This document shows, in pieces, positions 28,440-38,311 of a DNA stretch of 64,000 nt. The stretch lies in assembly GCA_945904955.1 (NCBI GenBank), contig CAMDPO010000007.1:11839-75838 (forward strand), in the 5' to 3' direction. A model generated the notes under the pieces. It saw only the letters and a list, made by a program, of their open reading frames with translations, was not told the origin of the DNA and made no database searches. Origin of the DNA: Rhizobium sp. Q54 (lineage in GTDB: Bacteria > Pseudomonadota > Alphaproteobacteria > UBA2966 > CAIVPW01). How positions within the stretch are numbered: the stretch's first letter is position 1; the number at the start of each line of letters is the position of its first letter. Position numbers and translations under genes: made by a program.

Positions 28440-29438
28440 CTACGCGGAGAAGGTGCGCGTGTTGCCGTCCGGATAGGTGACGTAGGCGGTGGCGTTGCCG
28501 TGACGGCGCAGGATGCGCTCCGTCTCGGACGCAGGCGATACGTACACCGACGTGGATAGCGCGTCGGCATGGGTCGCGCGCGGAGCGACGATCGACACAC
28601 CGATGTGATGCGCCGCGCTGGCGCCGGTGCGTGGATCGAACAGGTGATGGAAGCGGCCACGGGCATCGAACACGGTGCCGTAGCCGCCCGAGGTTGCCAG
28701 CGACATGTTGGCGAGGTCGATCGACTGTGCGACGCGCGTCGGCTGGCGCGGATCCTTGAGGCCGATGACCCAGGGCCGCCCCTCGGGATGGTTGCCGAGA
28801 GCGCGTGCCTCACCGAGGTCGACCAGGACGTGGGCGATGCCTTGCTCGCGCAACAGGTCGGCGACCTTGTCGGTGATGTAGCCCTGGGCGATGCCGTCGA
28901 GGGTCACGCCCATGCCCTTGCGATCCAGCGCAACGAACAGCGGATTGACGTCGATGCGGCGATAGTCGACCAGGCCGACCGCGGCGCGAACGTCGGCGGC
29001 AGTTGGCCCCTCGGTCGCATCGGGCGTGCGCTTGAAGTGGACGGAATACAAATTCCAGAGCGGCTGCACGGTGACGTCGAACGCACCGTTGCTCAGCTCG
29101 CCGAAGCGCTTGGCCTCGGTCAGCAGGATGAGCATGTCCTGGGACGGCCGCGTGATGCGTCCGTCGCGATTGAGACGGGCAAGCTCGCTGTCCGGCTGGT
29201 GCAGGCTGAAGATGGCTTCGAGCCGGCGCACCTCCGTGACGGCCATGTCGATGATGCGCTTGGCCGCCTCCGCAGAGGTGTGGGCCAGGGTGAGCGAAGC
29301 GTCGGCGCCGAGCGCCGTGCCCTGCCACGTGAAGAGCTGAGCGTCCGCGCGGGCCGGGCGCATCGCGCCGGCGAGAGACATTCCTGCGGCGGCGCCGAAG
29401 ATCGCTAGAACACGACGACGGCTTGGAGCGGCGGCCAT
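28440..29438 (-). CDS. apbE: FAD:protein FMN transferase (ApbE/NosX-like), Tat signal
   Basis: SRRRVL Tat motif; GAFDVTVQPLW, LDGIAQGY, ATSGGYG, HHLFDPRTG and ADALST. Confidence 0.92.
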   Translation of the reverse strand: MAAAPSRRRVLAIFGAAAGMSLAGAMRPARADAQLFTWQGTALGADASLTLAHTSAEAAKRIIDMAVTEVRRLEAIFSLHQPDSELARLNRDGRITRPSQDMLILLTEAKRFGELSNGAFDVTVQPLWNLYSVHFKRTPDATEGPTAADVRAAVGLVDYRRIDVNPLFVALDRKGMGVTLDGIAQGYITDKVADLLREQGIAHVLVDLGEARALGNHPEGRPWVIGLKDPRQPTRVAQSIDLANMSLATSGGYGTVFDARGRFHHLFDPRTGASAAHHIGVSIVAPRATHADALSTSVYVSPASETERILRRHGNATAYVTYPDGNTRTFSA

Positions 29439-29558
29439 GACGGTGTGAACTCCTCCCATGCCGCGCCGAAGCACCGGTCCGCGCGGCGAACCCTTTTACC
29501 ACACCTTACGGTGGACATGGCTGCGCCCGGGCGACCGCAGAAAAACTAGGTATTTCCG

Positions 29559-30464
29559 TTAGTTAGCGCGTCCGATGCGCTGGATCATGCCGCGCTGCGG
29601 GTCATAGCCGATGGCAGCGAGAATGAAGCACGCCAGCGTGACGCCCACCACCACCGCCAATGCGACGGCGTTGAACTGGCCGTAGATCGCATAGCGGATC
29701 AACTCGATGACGTGGGTGAACGGATTGATCTGGGCGCCCCAGTACACGACGTCCGCACCGACCTCGCGCAGCTTCCACAGCGGGTAGAGCGCGGGCGAGA
29801 TGAAGAACATCGGGAAGATGACGAAGTTCATCGCGCCGGCAAAGTTCTCAAGCTGGCGGATGTACACCGACAGCAGCAAGCCCACCGACGACAACATCAT
29901 GCCGCTGAGGAATAGCGGTCCGAGCGCGTACAGCCAACCCGACCACGGGAGCGCCGCGGTAAGGCGCGGGAAGATGAAGCTGAAGCCGTAGGTGATCAGC
30001 AGAAAGATGTACGCCTGGATCACGGCCAGGAACGTCGCGCCCAGGAGCTTGAACAACAGGATCGCCCAGCGCGGCAGCGGCGCCGTCAGCAACAGGCGCA
30101 TCATGCCCATCTCGCGGTCGTAGACCATCGAGAGCGACGACTGCATGCCGTAGAAGAGCAGCACGATGCCGAGCAAGCCCGGCATGATGTACTCCTGGTA
30201 CGTCACGTAGGTCTGGTACGGCGGCACGATCGAGATGCCGAGCAGGCTGCCGATGCCGGCGGCGAACACGATCAGCCACAGCACCGGGCGGATCAACGCC
30301 GACGCCCAGCGGCCACGCTGGCGAATGAACTTGCCGATCTCGCGATTGGCGATGGCGTAGAGCGCCAGGCCCCAATGCACCATCGGCGATGCGCGCCGGG
30401 CGCGCCCGTCTTCGCCCTTGGCCGCGCCCGCCTGTGTCATCTCCGTGCTGAGTTGTGCGGTCAC
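29559..30464 (-). CDS. ABC-2 permease of PQQ-ADH-associated systems (PedC/LutF-like)
   Basis: PPYQTYVTYQEYIMPGL, GMQSSLSMVYDREMG and QLENFAGAMNFVIFPMFF. Confidence 0.85.
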   Translation of the reverse strand: MTAQLSTEMTQAGAAKGEDGRARRASPMVHWGLALYAIANREIGKFIRQRGRWASALIRPVLWLIVFAAGIGSLLGISIVPPYQTYVTYQEYIMPGLLGIVLLFYGMQSSLSMVYDREMGMMRLLLTAPLPRWAILLFKLLGATFLAVIQAYIFLLITYGFSFIFPRLTAALPWSGWLYALGPLFLSGMMLSSVGLLLSVYIRQLENFAGAMNFVIFPMFFISPALYPLWKLREVGADVVYWGAQINPFTHVIELIRYAIYGQFNAVALAVVVGVTLACFILAAIGYDPQRGMIQRIGRAN

Positions 30465-30469
30465 GGCGC

Positions 30470-31717
30470 CTAGAACCTGCAGGTTGTCTCGGGCCGATCG
30501 GCACCGAGAGTATCAAGATCGTTGGTGGCGTGCTCGAACTTCTCCATCGGCGCGCGCGCGATGACCGCATTCGGCAGCGTCAGGAAGACGTTCATGCGCA
30601 ACTGGTGGTCCCATGTGCGGAAGTCGAGCTGGCTGCCCATGTACCCGTCGAAGCGCAGCTGATCACTGAGGACGTATTCGCGGATCTGGCGATAGTCGAG
30701 CGACTTGACGCGGCTCTGGGCGAGCGTGAGCGCACGCACCGCAGCCCATGCCGACCAATCCGGTCCGTACATGAAGCGATTGGTGGCGGTGTGGAAGCGG
30801 CTGGACAGCTGCGGCGCGCCCTGGCGCTCCCAGGTCCAGTGCCACGCTTCCGGCGTCAGGCCGGCCGCACCGACCACGGGGCGCGCGCGCACAGTCTGAT
30901 ACGGGAACGTGCGCGCGAACTCGCCGTCCGTGTCGGCGATGAAGACGACGTCGTAGTCGCGATTGCCGCCGGTGAGTAGGCGCGTATTGTTGAGCTCGCG
31001 TTGGCGCGGGTCGTTGGACGGAAGGAACTTGCGCTCCTCGACCAAGCGCGCGCCGTTGCGCCGGATCGAACGCTTGAGCGCTTCGGCGACCTTGATGTCT
31101 TCGTCGAGCGGGCCCGTGAGCAGCAGAATGTTCACCCAGCCCTGGAACACCAGGTACTGCGTCACCGCGTCGGTGAGCATGTTGTAGCTCGGCGCCGTGT
31201 GGGCGAGGTTCTGCGAACAGAACGCGCCGCGCAGGCGATCGTCGGGGTTGGCGACGTTGAACAACATCACCTCCTGGCCGCGCACCGCCTGGCTGACCGC
31301 GCGCATGGTGTCGGTATCGGCGTCGATCAGGAAGAAGTTGACGCCCTGGTCCGCGCGGGCCTTTTCGATCCAGGCGACCAAGGCGGCGGCATTGGCGCCG
31401 CTGTGGCGGATCATCTCGAAGGACTGCCCGGAGAAGCGGCCGGTCTGGTTCGACTCGTCGATGCCAAGCTGGGCGCCCGGGAAGGGCTGATAGCGCGCGA
31501 CGGACGGTATGCGTACGCGCTCGCGGCCTGGCTGCGTGAGCGCATAGACGAACTCGCGGTCGTAGCGCGGGTCATTTTCGATGTCGACATAGCCGATCTT
31601 GAACAACGACGGCGCGGCCGGCGTCGCCGCGGGCGCGACGCCTTGTTGTGCCCACGCAGCGCTGGCGCCGAACGCCAGCAGGAACGCTGCGCCGATAGTA
31701 GCGATCAGGCGGTTCAT
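30470..31717 (-). CDS. ABC substrate-binding protein of PQQ-ADH-associated systems (PedA1/LutA-like)
   Basis: WHWTWERQGAPQLSSRF, DWSAWAAV, FRTWDHQLR and LDTLGADRPE..C motifs. Confidence 0.83.
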   Translation of the reverse strand: MNRLIATIGAAFLLAFGASAAWAQQGVAPAATPAAPSLFKIGYVDIENDPRYDREFVYALTQPGRERVRIPSVARYQPFPGAQLGIDESNQTGRFSGQSFEMIRHSGANAAALVAWIEKARADQGVNFFLIDADTDTMRAVSQAVRGQEVMLFNVANPDDRLRGAFCSQNLAHTAPSYNMLTDAVTQYLVFQGWVNILLLTGPLDEDIKVAEALKRSIRRNGARLVEERKFLPSNDPRQRELNNTRLLTGGNRDYDVVFIADTDGEFARTFPYQTVRARPVVGAAGLTPEAWHWTWERQGAPQLSSRFHTATNRFMYGPDWSAWAAVRALTLAQSRVKSLDYRQIREYVLSDQLRFDGYMGSQLDFRTWDHQLRMNVFLTLPNAVIARAPMEKFEHATNDLDTLGADRPETTCRF

Positions 31718-31738
31718 GCTCCGTCCCTCCCAGGCGGA

Positions 31739-32779
31739 TCAGTTGCCGACGGGTGCCCAGCCAATGCGGTCGTTGACCAGCGGCGTGTACGGCACGCGAC
31801 CCGTGGGGACCGACTTCTGCACGCGCTTCGACGCAATATCGACGATCGACAAGTCGTCCGAGAGGCAGTTGGCAACCAATGCGGTCTTCTCATCGGACGT
31901 GAACGTGATGCCCCACGGGCGCGAGCCGACCAGGATGTACTGGTCGATCTTGCGCGTCGCCACGTCGACGACGGCGACATGATTGGCGCGGCCCAGGGTG
32001 ACCCACACCTTTTTGCCGTCGCTGGTCATCTCGAGGCCGACCGGCGTGACGTCGACCTGGCGGAAGCCCGGTGGCAGGAAGTTGATGACGTCGGTCACCT
32101 TGTAGCTGGCGACATCGACGATGTAGACCTCACCGGACAGCTCGCAGGTGATCCACAACTCCTTCTGGTCGGGCGTGATGCGCATGCGGCGCGGACGCGT
32201 GCCGACGACGACGTTGTCGAGGATGATGCCGCGCGCCACGTCGACCTTGTGGATCATGTCGGCGACTTCCGACGTCAGGTAGACGGTCTTGCCGTCGGGC
32301 ACGACGAGCACACCCTCCGGCTCGGCGCCCGAGGGCACCTCGTGCAGCAGCACCTTGTCCTCGATGCTGATGATCCACATCGAGGAGTCTTCCTCGTTGG
32401 CGATGAACATCGTCTTTTCGTCGGGACTGATGGTCAGCACCTCGGGACTCGGACCCGTCGGGATGGCATCGACGACCGTCTCTTTGGCGACGTCGATGAT
32501 GTCGACCACGTCCTCATCGCCGCACGCGACGTAGAGCAGCGTGTGCGCCGGGTTGAACACCATGCCGCGCGGACGGCGCGAGGTCTTGATGCGCTTGACC
32601 ACCTGGAAGCTGGTGCCATCGAGCACGGTCAGCTCGTGCGACTTTTCGTGGCTGATGTAGATACGGCCGGTGCCGACTGCCTGCGCGCCATTGGCGACCG
32701 GCATGCCGGCGAGGGCTGCGCCTGCGGCGCCCGCCTTGAGCAAGCCGCGGCGATTGGGGGTCCAGAAAGAGTTGGTCAT
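31739..32779 (-). CDS. YVTN beta-propeller protein (PedA2/LutB-like), Tat signal
   Basis: NRRGLL Tat motif; [28 protein letters not shown] and LVGSRPWG repeats. Confidence 0.85.
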   Translation of the reverse strand: MTNSFWTPNRRGLLKAGAAGAALAGMPVANGAQAVGTGRIYISHEKSHELTVLDGTSFQVVKRIKTSRRPRGMVFNPAHTLLYVACGDEDVVDIIDVAKETVVDAIPTGPSPEVLTISPDEKTMFIANEEDSSMWIISIEDKVLLHEVPSGAEPEGVLVVPDGKTVYLTSEVADMIHKVDVARGIILDNVVVGTRPRRMRITPDQKELWITCELSGEVYIVDVASYKVTDVINFLPPGFRQVDVTPVGLEMTSDGKKVWVTLGRANHVAVVDVATRKIDQYILVGSRPWGITFTSDEKTALVANCLSDDLSIVDIASKRVQKSVPTGRVPYTPLVNDRIGWAPVGN

Positions 32780-32847
32780 GGCCGAGCTCCCTGTCGATGG
32801 TCCGGGCGCCGATGGCGGCGGCGCGGACCCTGAATCCGTGACGCGTC

Positions 32848-33273
32848 TTAGCGGACGATGAACTTGCCCTTCATGCCGCGGCCCTCATGGCCGGGCACAT
32901 AGAAGTCGTAGTCGCCCGGACGGATGGGCACGAACCAGACCTGCAGCAGCCCCGGGCCGTCGAACTCGACTTGATAGGGGGCGCCGGCCATATGGACCTC
33001 GATGTCGCCGACCTTGAACTCGTTGATCCACGAGTTGCGCCATAGCTCGGGCGCTGCAACGGCGAACTCTTCGCCGTCGGCGGCCATAGTGATGTCCCAG
33101 CGGTAATACTTCCCTGTCTCGAGCGTGTACTCGTAGTTGGACATCGTCAGGTCCGACTTGAGCGTCAGTTCAAGAGCGACGGGGCGGGATGCGAGATTGC
33201 CGGCCGAAAGCGCCGGTGGCGCGGTCGCCAAGAAGAGCGCAAGCGCAGCTCCGGATAGAAGTGCCTTTTTCAC
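32848..33273 (-). CDS. Secreted cupredoxin-like protein lacking the Cu-binding Cys
   Basis: GGGAGG RBS with GTG start at 33273; LETGKYY, FVPIRPG.Y.FYVPGHEGRGMKG. Confidence 0.75.
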   Translation of the reverse strand: MKKALLSGAALALFLATAPPALSAGNLASRPVALELTLKSDLTMSNYEYTLETGKYYRWDITMAADGEEFAVAAPELWRNSWINEFKVGDIEVHMAGAPYQVEFDGPGLLQVWFVPIRPGDYDFYVPGHEGRGMKGKFIVR

Positions 33274-33354
33274 GGTGTACCTCCCAGTCCCCGTGGTGGC
33301 CGCAGGACCAAGGGCGTCCATCCGGCCGGTCGCGTTTTCCGATCCCCTCACTAG

Positions 33355-33369
33355 GCAAGGCTCGTGCCA
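33355..33369 (-). promoter_or_regulatory. Sigma-54 (-24/-12) promoter
   Basis: TGGCAC-GAGCC-TTGC on the - strand, an exact consensus match, upstream of the 33273 start. Confidence 0.85.
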
Positions 33370-33454
33370 CGAAAAGAACCACCAATTCGTACAACCACCA
33401 AGGCGGATTCTGTGGCTCGGGCACCCAATGTTGGTCGATGACCATCGAAATCGC

Positions 33455-33504
33455 AAAAGAAAGGCCGGCTTGGTGGCTACTCACAACCACCAGCCGGCCT
33501 TTTC
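33455..33504 (-). terminator. Intrinsic terminator after 33526-33942; its stem contains a TGGTGG..CCACCA palindrome
   Basis: - strand: AAAGGCCGGCTGGTGG-loop-CCACCAAGCCGGCCTTTCTTTT. Confidence 0.7.
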
Positions 33505-33525
33505 GAACGTGTGTGCGCGGTGGCG

Positions 33526-33942
33526 CTACTTGACGGTGATGGTCCCCGTCATCGTGCCTTCCTGGCCGAGCACGTAGTACTTGAACGAGCCGATGCGGAC
33601 CGGGACCAGCTGAATGCGGATCGTGCCGGCCGCGTCGAACTCGAGGAAACGCAGGCCGGACGGCTTGATCTCTTTGCCGTCGACGACGACCTGGAAGATG
33701 TACGAGTTGCCGAACAGGTCCGGAGCATGGAACTGCATCTCGGTGGTGCCGATCTGGGTGATGTCGAGGTTGTAGCCCTTGCCGGTCTCCATCTCGATGG
33801 CGGTGGTGGAGAACTTCTTGTCGGCGGTCATGTCGATCTTGATGGTCGTCGCGCCGGTGGTCAGGTTGCCGGCAGCGCCGGCCGAACCGGCCACGCCGAG
33901 CGCCACCAAGCTGGCGGCGGCGAGAGTACGAACAAGCTTCAT
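33526..33942 (-). CDS. Secreted cupredoxin-like protein, paralogue of 32848-33273
   Basis: GGGAGG RBS; mature N-terminus AGNL; METGKGY, APDLFGNS, LEFD and LVPVRIG. Confidence 0.75.
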   Translation of the reverse strand: MKLVRTLAAASLVALGVAGSAGAAGNLTTGATTIKIDMTADKKFSTTAIEMETGKGYNLDITQIGTTEMQFHAPDLFGNSYIFQVVVDGKEIKPSGLRFLEFDAAGTIRIQLVPVRIGSFKYYVLGQEGTMTGTITVK

Positions 33943-34035
33943 TGGAGCCTCCCTAGTCGTGAATTGGCGCACCGCGCCCTGGAACAAAACCGCGGGACCC
34001 CGCGTCCCGATCAGTGATTCCTAAGGCGGCCATTG

Positions 34036-34050
34036 GCAAGGCCTATGCCA
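34036..34050 (-). promoter_or_regulatory. Sigma-54 (-24/-12) promoter
   Basis: TGGCAT-AGGCC-TTGC on the - strand upstream of the 33942 start. Confidence 0.8.
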
Positions 34051-34130
34051 GACCCCAGAACGGCGAAAATTCGCAGTTTTGTGCCTAAGCCCGCTGACCC
34101 CTGGGCGGTCGCAGCGATGGCGAATCGCCA

Positions 34131-34154
34131 ATGGTGGTTGTCTACAACCACCAT
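34131..34154. promoter_or_regulatory. Candidate enhancer (UAS) palindrome for the adjacent NtrC-family activator
   Basis: Perfect inverted repeat ATGGTGGTTG-TCTA-CAACCACCAT about 80 bp upstream of a sigma-54 promoter. Confidence 0.55.
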
Positions 34155-34174
34155 TAAAGGACCCGTCCCGGTTC

Positions 34175-34438
34175 CTAGCGCGCCTGTCCGAGGGCCCGGA
34201 AACCGCGTTGCAGTGAGGACCGGCAGCGATCCCAAAGGCCGAAATCGGCCGCGCCGTCGGCGAAGTCGAGCTGGTTTTCCGCTACGGTCTGGGCGTTGAT
34301 GCCGCCCGGCCAGTTGGCGATGGCGGCCTCGAGTTGGTCGATGCCGCTGCGGCAGGCGCGCTCGTCGGCGCGTTCGCTTGCGCCGGCACAGGCCGCAAGA
34401 GTTAGACAGGTGGCCACGCAAACGGACCAGCCGCGCAC
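34175..34438 (-). CDS. Small lipoprotein, LanD (LutD)-like three-helix pattern
   Basis: Lipobox LAAC; D..AC..GI...Q...L..A......G.WD.C...L....RAL; starts 9 bp after the regulator stop. Confidence 0.6.
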   Translation of the reverse strand: MRGWSVCVATCLTLAACAGASERADERACRSGIDQLEAAIANWPGGINAQTVAENQLDFADGAADFGLWDRCRSSLQRGFRALGQAR

Positions 34439-34447
34439 GGCCGCCGG

Positions 34448-35917
34448 TTACTCGCCGAAGTCCGCAGCGCGAATGCCGTACTTCTCCATGCGGTAGCGCA
34501 GCGCCATGCGCGTCACGCCGAGACGGCGCGCCGCTTCGGAGGTGTTGCCGCTGGTTTCCTTGAGAGCGGCGACGATCATGGTGCGCTCGGCGCCGGCAAG
34601 CGTGCTGACGCCGTCGTCCGCGCCCAGCATGGGCGCCGCAGTCCGGGCAGCGACGGTGTTGCGATTCGGCGTGACGTTGGCGAGGTTGAGCGAGTCGGCC
34701 GTAAGGCCATCCTCGCCAGACAGCAGCGCGCTCCGCTCGATGACATTCTTCAGCTCGCGCACGTTGCCCGGCCACGAGTAGGCCTTCAGCGCCTCCACCG
34801 CATCGTCCTGCAAGGTCGGTGTCGCACGGCCGTAGGAGCGCGCCGTCGCCTCGAGAAAATGGCGCGCCAGCATCGGAATGTCCTCGCGGCAGGACCGCAG
34901 CGGCGGCAGCGCGATGGTCAGCACGTTCAGGCGGTAGAAGAGGTCGTCGCGGAACTCGCCGCGCGCCACCATCTGGGCGAGATCGCGATTGGTGGCAGCG
35001 ATGAACCGCGCCGCCACGGGTACTTCGCGGGTACTGCCGACCCGGCGGACCAAGCGGCGCTCCAGCACGTTGAGGAGCTTGGCCTGCAGCTCCGGCGGCA
35101 ACTCGCCGATCTCGTCGAGGAACACGGTGCCGTCCTCGGCAGCCTCGATCAGTCCGGCGCGCGAGATATGCGCGCTGGTGAAGGCGCCGCGCACGTGGCC
35201 GAAGAGCTCGGCCTCCATGATGTCCTTGGGAAGAGACGCGCAGTCGACATGCACGAAGGGCCGGTCGGCGCGCGGCGACAGGCGGTGCAGGAGGCGCGCG
35301 GTGACGTCCTTGCCGGTACCCGTCTCGCCGAGCAGCAGCACCGTCGGCGACGCATCGCCGGAGATCGTGGCGATCGTCTGAATCTGCTTGCGCGTCTCGC
35401 GCATCGCGGCGCTGTTGCCGAGCAGCGACGCCACGTCAGCCGAGCGGCTCTCGCGGGCGCGCGAGTAGTTGAGGCGCGAGCGCAGGCGGGCCGAGCGCAT
35501 CACCTTGTCCAAGGTGACGAGGAGCTCGTCGAGATCGACCGGTTTCTTGAGATAGTCGGCGGCGCCGAGCTTCATGGCGCGGACCGCCTGGCTGACGTCG
35601 CCGTAGGCGGTGACGACGATGACCGTCGGCGCCGCGTCGCCCATTTCGGCGAGCGTGGCGAGGAAGTCGAAGCCTTCGCCATCGGGCAGGCGCATGTCGA
35701 GGATGATCAGGTCGGGCGGCTTGGCCGCGGTCGACGCCACGTGCTTGGTGGCCTCAGCGAGCGTGCCGGCTACCGAGCACGTGTGCCCGGCGCGCTGCAG
35801 GCAGGTCGCGACGGCGCGCGCGAACATGGTCTCGTCCTCGACGACGAGGATGCGCCAGGACTGCGCCGAGCGGGGGCTCGGGCCGGCGTCGTCGAGCTTG
35901 CGCGCGGGTTCGCTCAT
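34448..35917 (-). CDS. Sigma-54-dependent response regulator (NtrC family)
   Basis: REC domain (VVEDE, LDMRLP), GETGTGKD, GAFTSA, FLDEIGE, WPGNVREL and a Fis HTH. Confidence 0.93.
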   Translation of the reverse strand: MSEPARKLDDAGPSPRSAQSWRILVVEDETMFARAVATCLQRAGHTCSVAGTLAEATKHVASTAAKPPDLIILDMRLPDGEGFDFLATLAEMGDAAPTVIVVTAYGDVSQAVRAMKLGAADYLKKPVDLDELLVTLDKVMRSARLRSRLNYSRARESRSADVASLLGNSAAMRETRKQIQTIATISGDASPTVLLLGETGTGKDVTARLLHRLSPRADRPFVHVDCASLPKDIMEAELFGHVRGAFTSAHISRAGLIEAAEDGTVFLDEIGELPPELQAKLLNVLERRLVRRVGSTREVPVAARFIAATNRDLAQMVARGEFRDDLFYRLNVLTIALPPLRSCREDIPMLARHFLEATARSYGRATPTLQDDAVEALKAYSWPGNVRELKNVIERSALLSGEDGLTADSLNLANVTPNRNTVAARTAAPMLGADDGVSTLAGAERTMIVAALKETSGNTSEAARRLGVTRMALRYRMEKYGIRAADFGE

Positions 35918-37398
35918 GCGCTCCTAGCGACGGTGGCATGCGCGGACTGCGCCGCCGGTAACGTTACGATGACTTCGGTGCCCCCGCCTTCGCGGGCGGC
36001 GAACTCAAGCATGCCTTGGTGCAGGCCGCAAATCTTGAATGCGAACGGAATGCCGAGGCCACTGCCGTAGCTCTTGGTCGTCGGTCCCGGATGCAGGTCG
36101 CCCTGCATCGGCCGGAACGGCATGCCAGGGCCGCGATCGGAGATGACCATCTGCACGTTCGCTCCGGCCGCGCGCACGGTCAGGGTGATCGGCGCGCTGT
36201 CGGGCGATGCCTCGACGGCGTTGCCGAGCAGCCCGTAGACCGCCTGCTCCATCAGATGCACGTCGATGGAAGCGACCGCGGGCACGTCCCACCCGACGCG
36301 ACGCAGGCGGATCTGCTTGGCCTCCAGGCGCGGCGCCAGGAACATGACCGCCTGGTCGACGATCTCCGAGAGGCGCACCTCGGCGCGCGCGAGGCGCAAG
36401 GGGTTCAGATACGACAGCAGCGCACTCAACCAGCGCTCGAGGCGATCGACGGTAGCGCGGATGTCCTTCAGCCCCTGCACGACTTCGCGCGGCGTGCCGG
36501 GTCCCTCGTGGACCTGGGCGGTAGCGCGGATGGCCGCGAGCGGGTTGCGGATGTTGTGCGCGACCACCGGCACCAAGGCGCCCAACGCAGCCTGGCGCTC
36601 GGCGCTCACCAGCGCCTCGCGACTCTGGGCGAGCTCCTGTGCCATGCGGTTGACCGCACGCTCCAACGTGACGAGCTCGGTCACACCGTGCTCGGGCACC
36701 TTGTGGTCGAGCTGACCCTTGGCATAGGCATCGAACGCGTCGAGGAGCGAGCCGATCGGTCGCACGAAGGCGCGTTGCACGAACGAACGCGAGAACAACA
36801 GCAGGATCGCCGCGAGGGCGATGGGAATGAGCAGCACCAAGCCGGAGATGCGGCTGAGAGCGTCAACGCGCACCTTCTCTGCTGCCTGCGCCACCGTGAG
36901 CAGCTCGTCGTTGAGGGCGAAGACCAGCTCGTAGTCGTCGAGCCAGACCATGCGCAGGTCGGCGGTGAAGAATACCGCCAGTTGGTCGGCCTGGCGCACG
37001 GCGGTCGACGGCGTCGACATGATCTGGTCGGTGCGGCGGCGCACGGTCTGGTACGCCTCCTTGAGGCCGTCGATGGCGGTGCGCTCGGCGGGCAGGCGGG
37101 CGACGTCCTCCATGTGGGCGAACGTCGACAGGATGCGGGCGCTGGTGCGGCGATAGTCGGTGACGGCGCCGACCTCGCCGAGGAAGTGATGGTCGAACAC
37201 CTCGGTCATCTGGCGGTAGACGTCGCCGCGCGTCTCCTGCACGAGGCTCATCAACGTATTGAGGCGCAAGGATTCTTCAGAGGCGCGCTGACGCAACTCG
37301 ACGCCCACCCAGCCCATCGCGCCTGTGACGATGATGAGCAGCAGGAACGCCAGGTTGTGACCCAGCAGCAGGCCACGCAGGGAATAAATACGGATCAC
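35914..37398 (-). CDS. HAMP-domain sensor histidine kinase with a periplasmic sensor domain
   Basis: Two TMs; AHNIRNPL H-box, NAVEA, DRGPG and GSGLG. Confidence 0.88.
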   Translation of the reverse strand: MIRIYSLRGLLLGHNLAFLLLIIVTGAMGWVGVELRQRASEESLRLNTLMSLVQETRGDVYRQMTEVFDHHFLGEVGAVTDYRRTSARILSTFAHMEDVARLPAERTAIDGLKEAYQTVRRRTDQIMSTPSTAVRQADQLAVFFTADLRMVWLDDYELVFALNDELLTVAQAAEKVRVDALSRISGLVLLIPIALAAILLLFSRSFVQRAFVRPIGSLLDAFDAYAKGQLDHKVPEHGVTELVTLERAVNRMAQELAQSREALVSAERQAALGALVPVVAHNIRNPLAAIRATAQVHEGPGTPREVVQGLKDIRATVDRLERWLSALLSYLNPLRLARAEVRLSEIVDQAVMFLAPRLEAKQIRLRRVGWDVPAVASIDVHLMEQAVYGLLGNAVEASPDSAPITLTVRAAGANVQMVISDRGPGMPFRPMQGDLHPGPTTKSYGSGLGIPFAFKICGLHQGMLEFAAREGGGTEVIVTLPAAQSAHATVARSA

Positions 37399-37501
37399 GA
37401 CAACCCTTCGGGCACAACGCTGCGGCCCGTTCGAGATTGGTCTACCAGCGCGATCATAGCGCCGATCATCTTGGCGCCGTGATCTGCTGCTCGGCTTGCC
37501 C

Positions 37502-38310
<809 letters not shown>

Positions 38311-38311
<1 letters not shown>

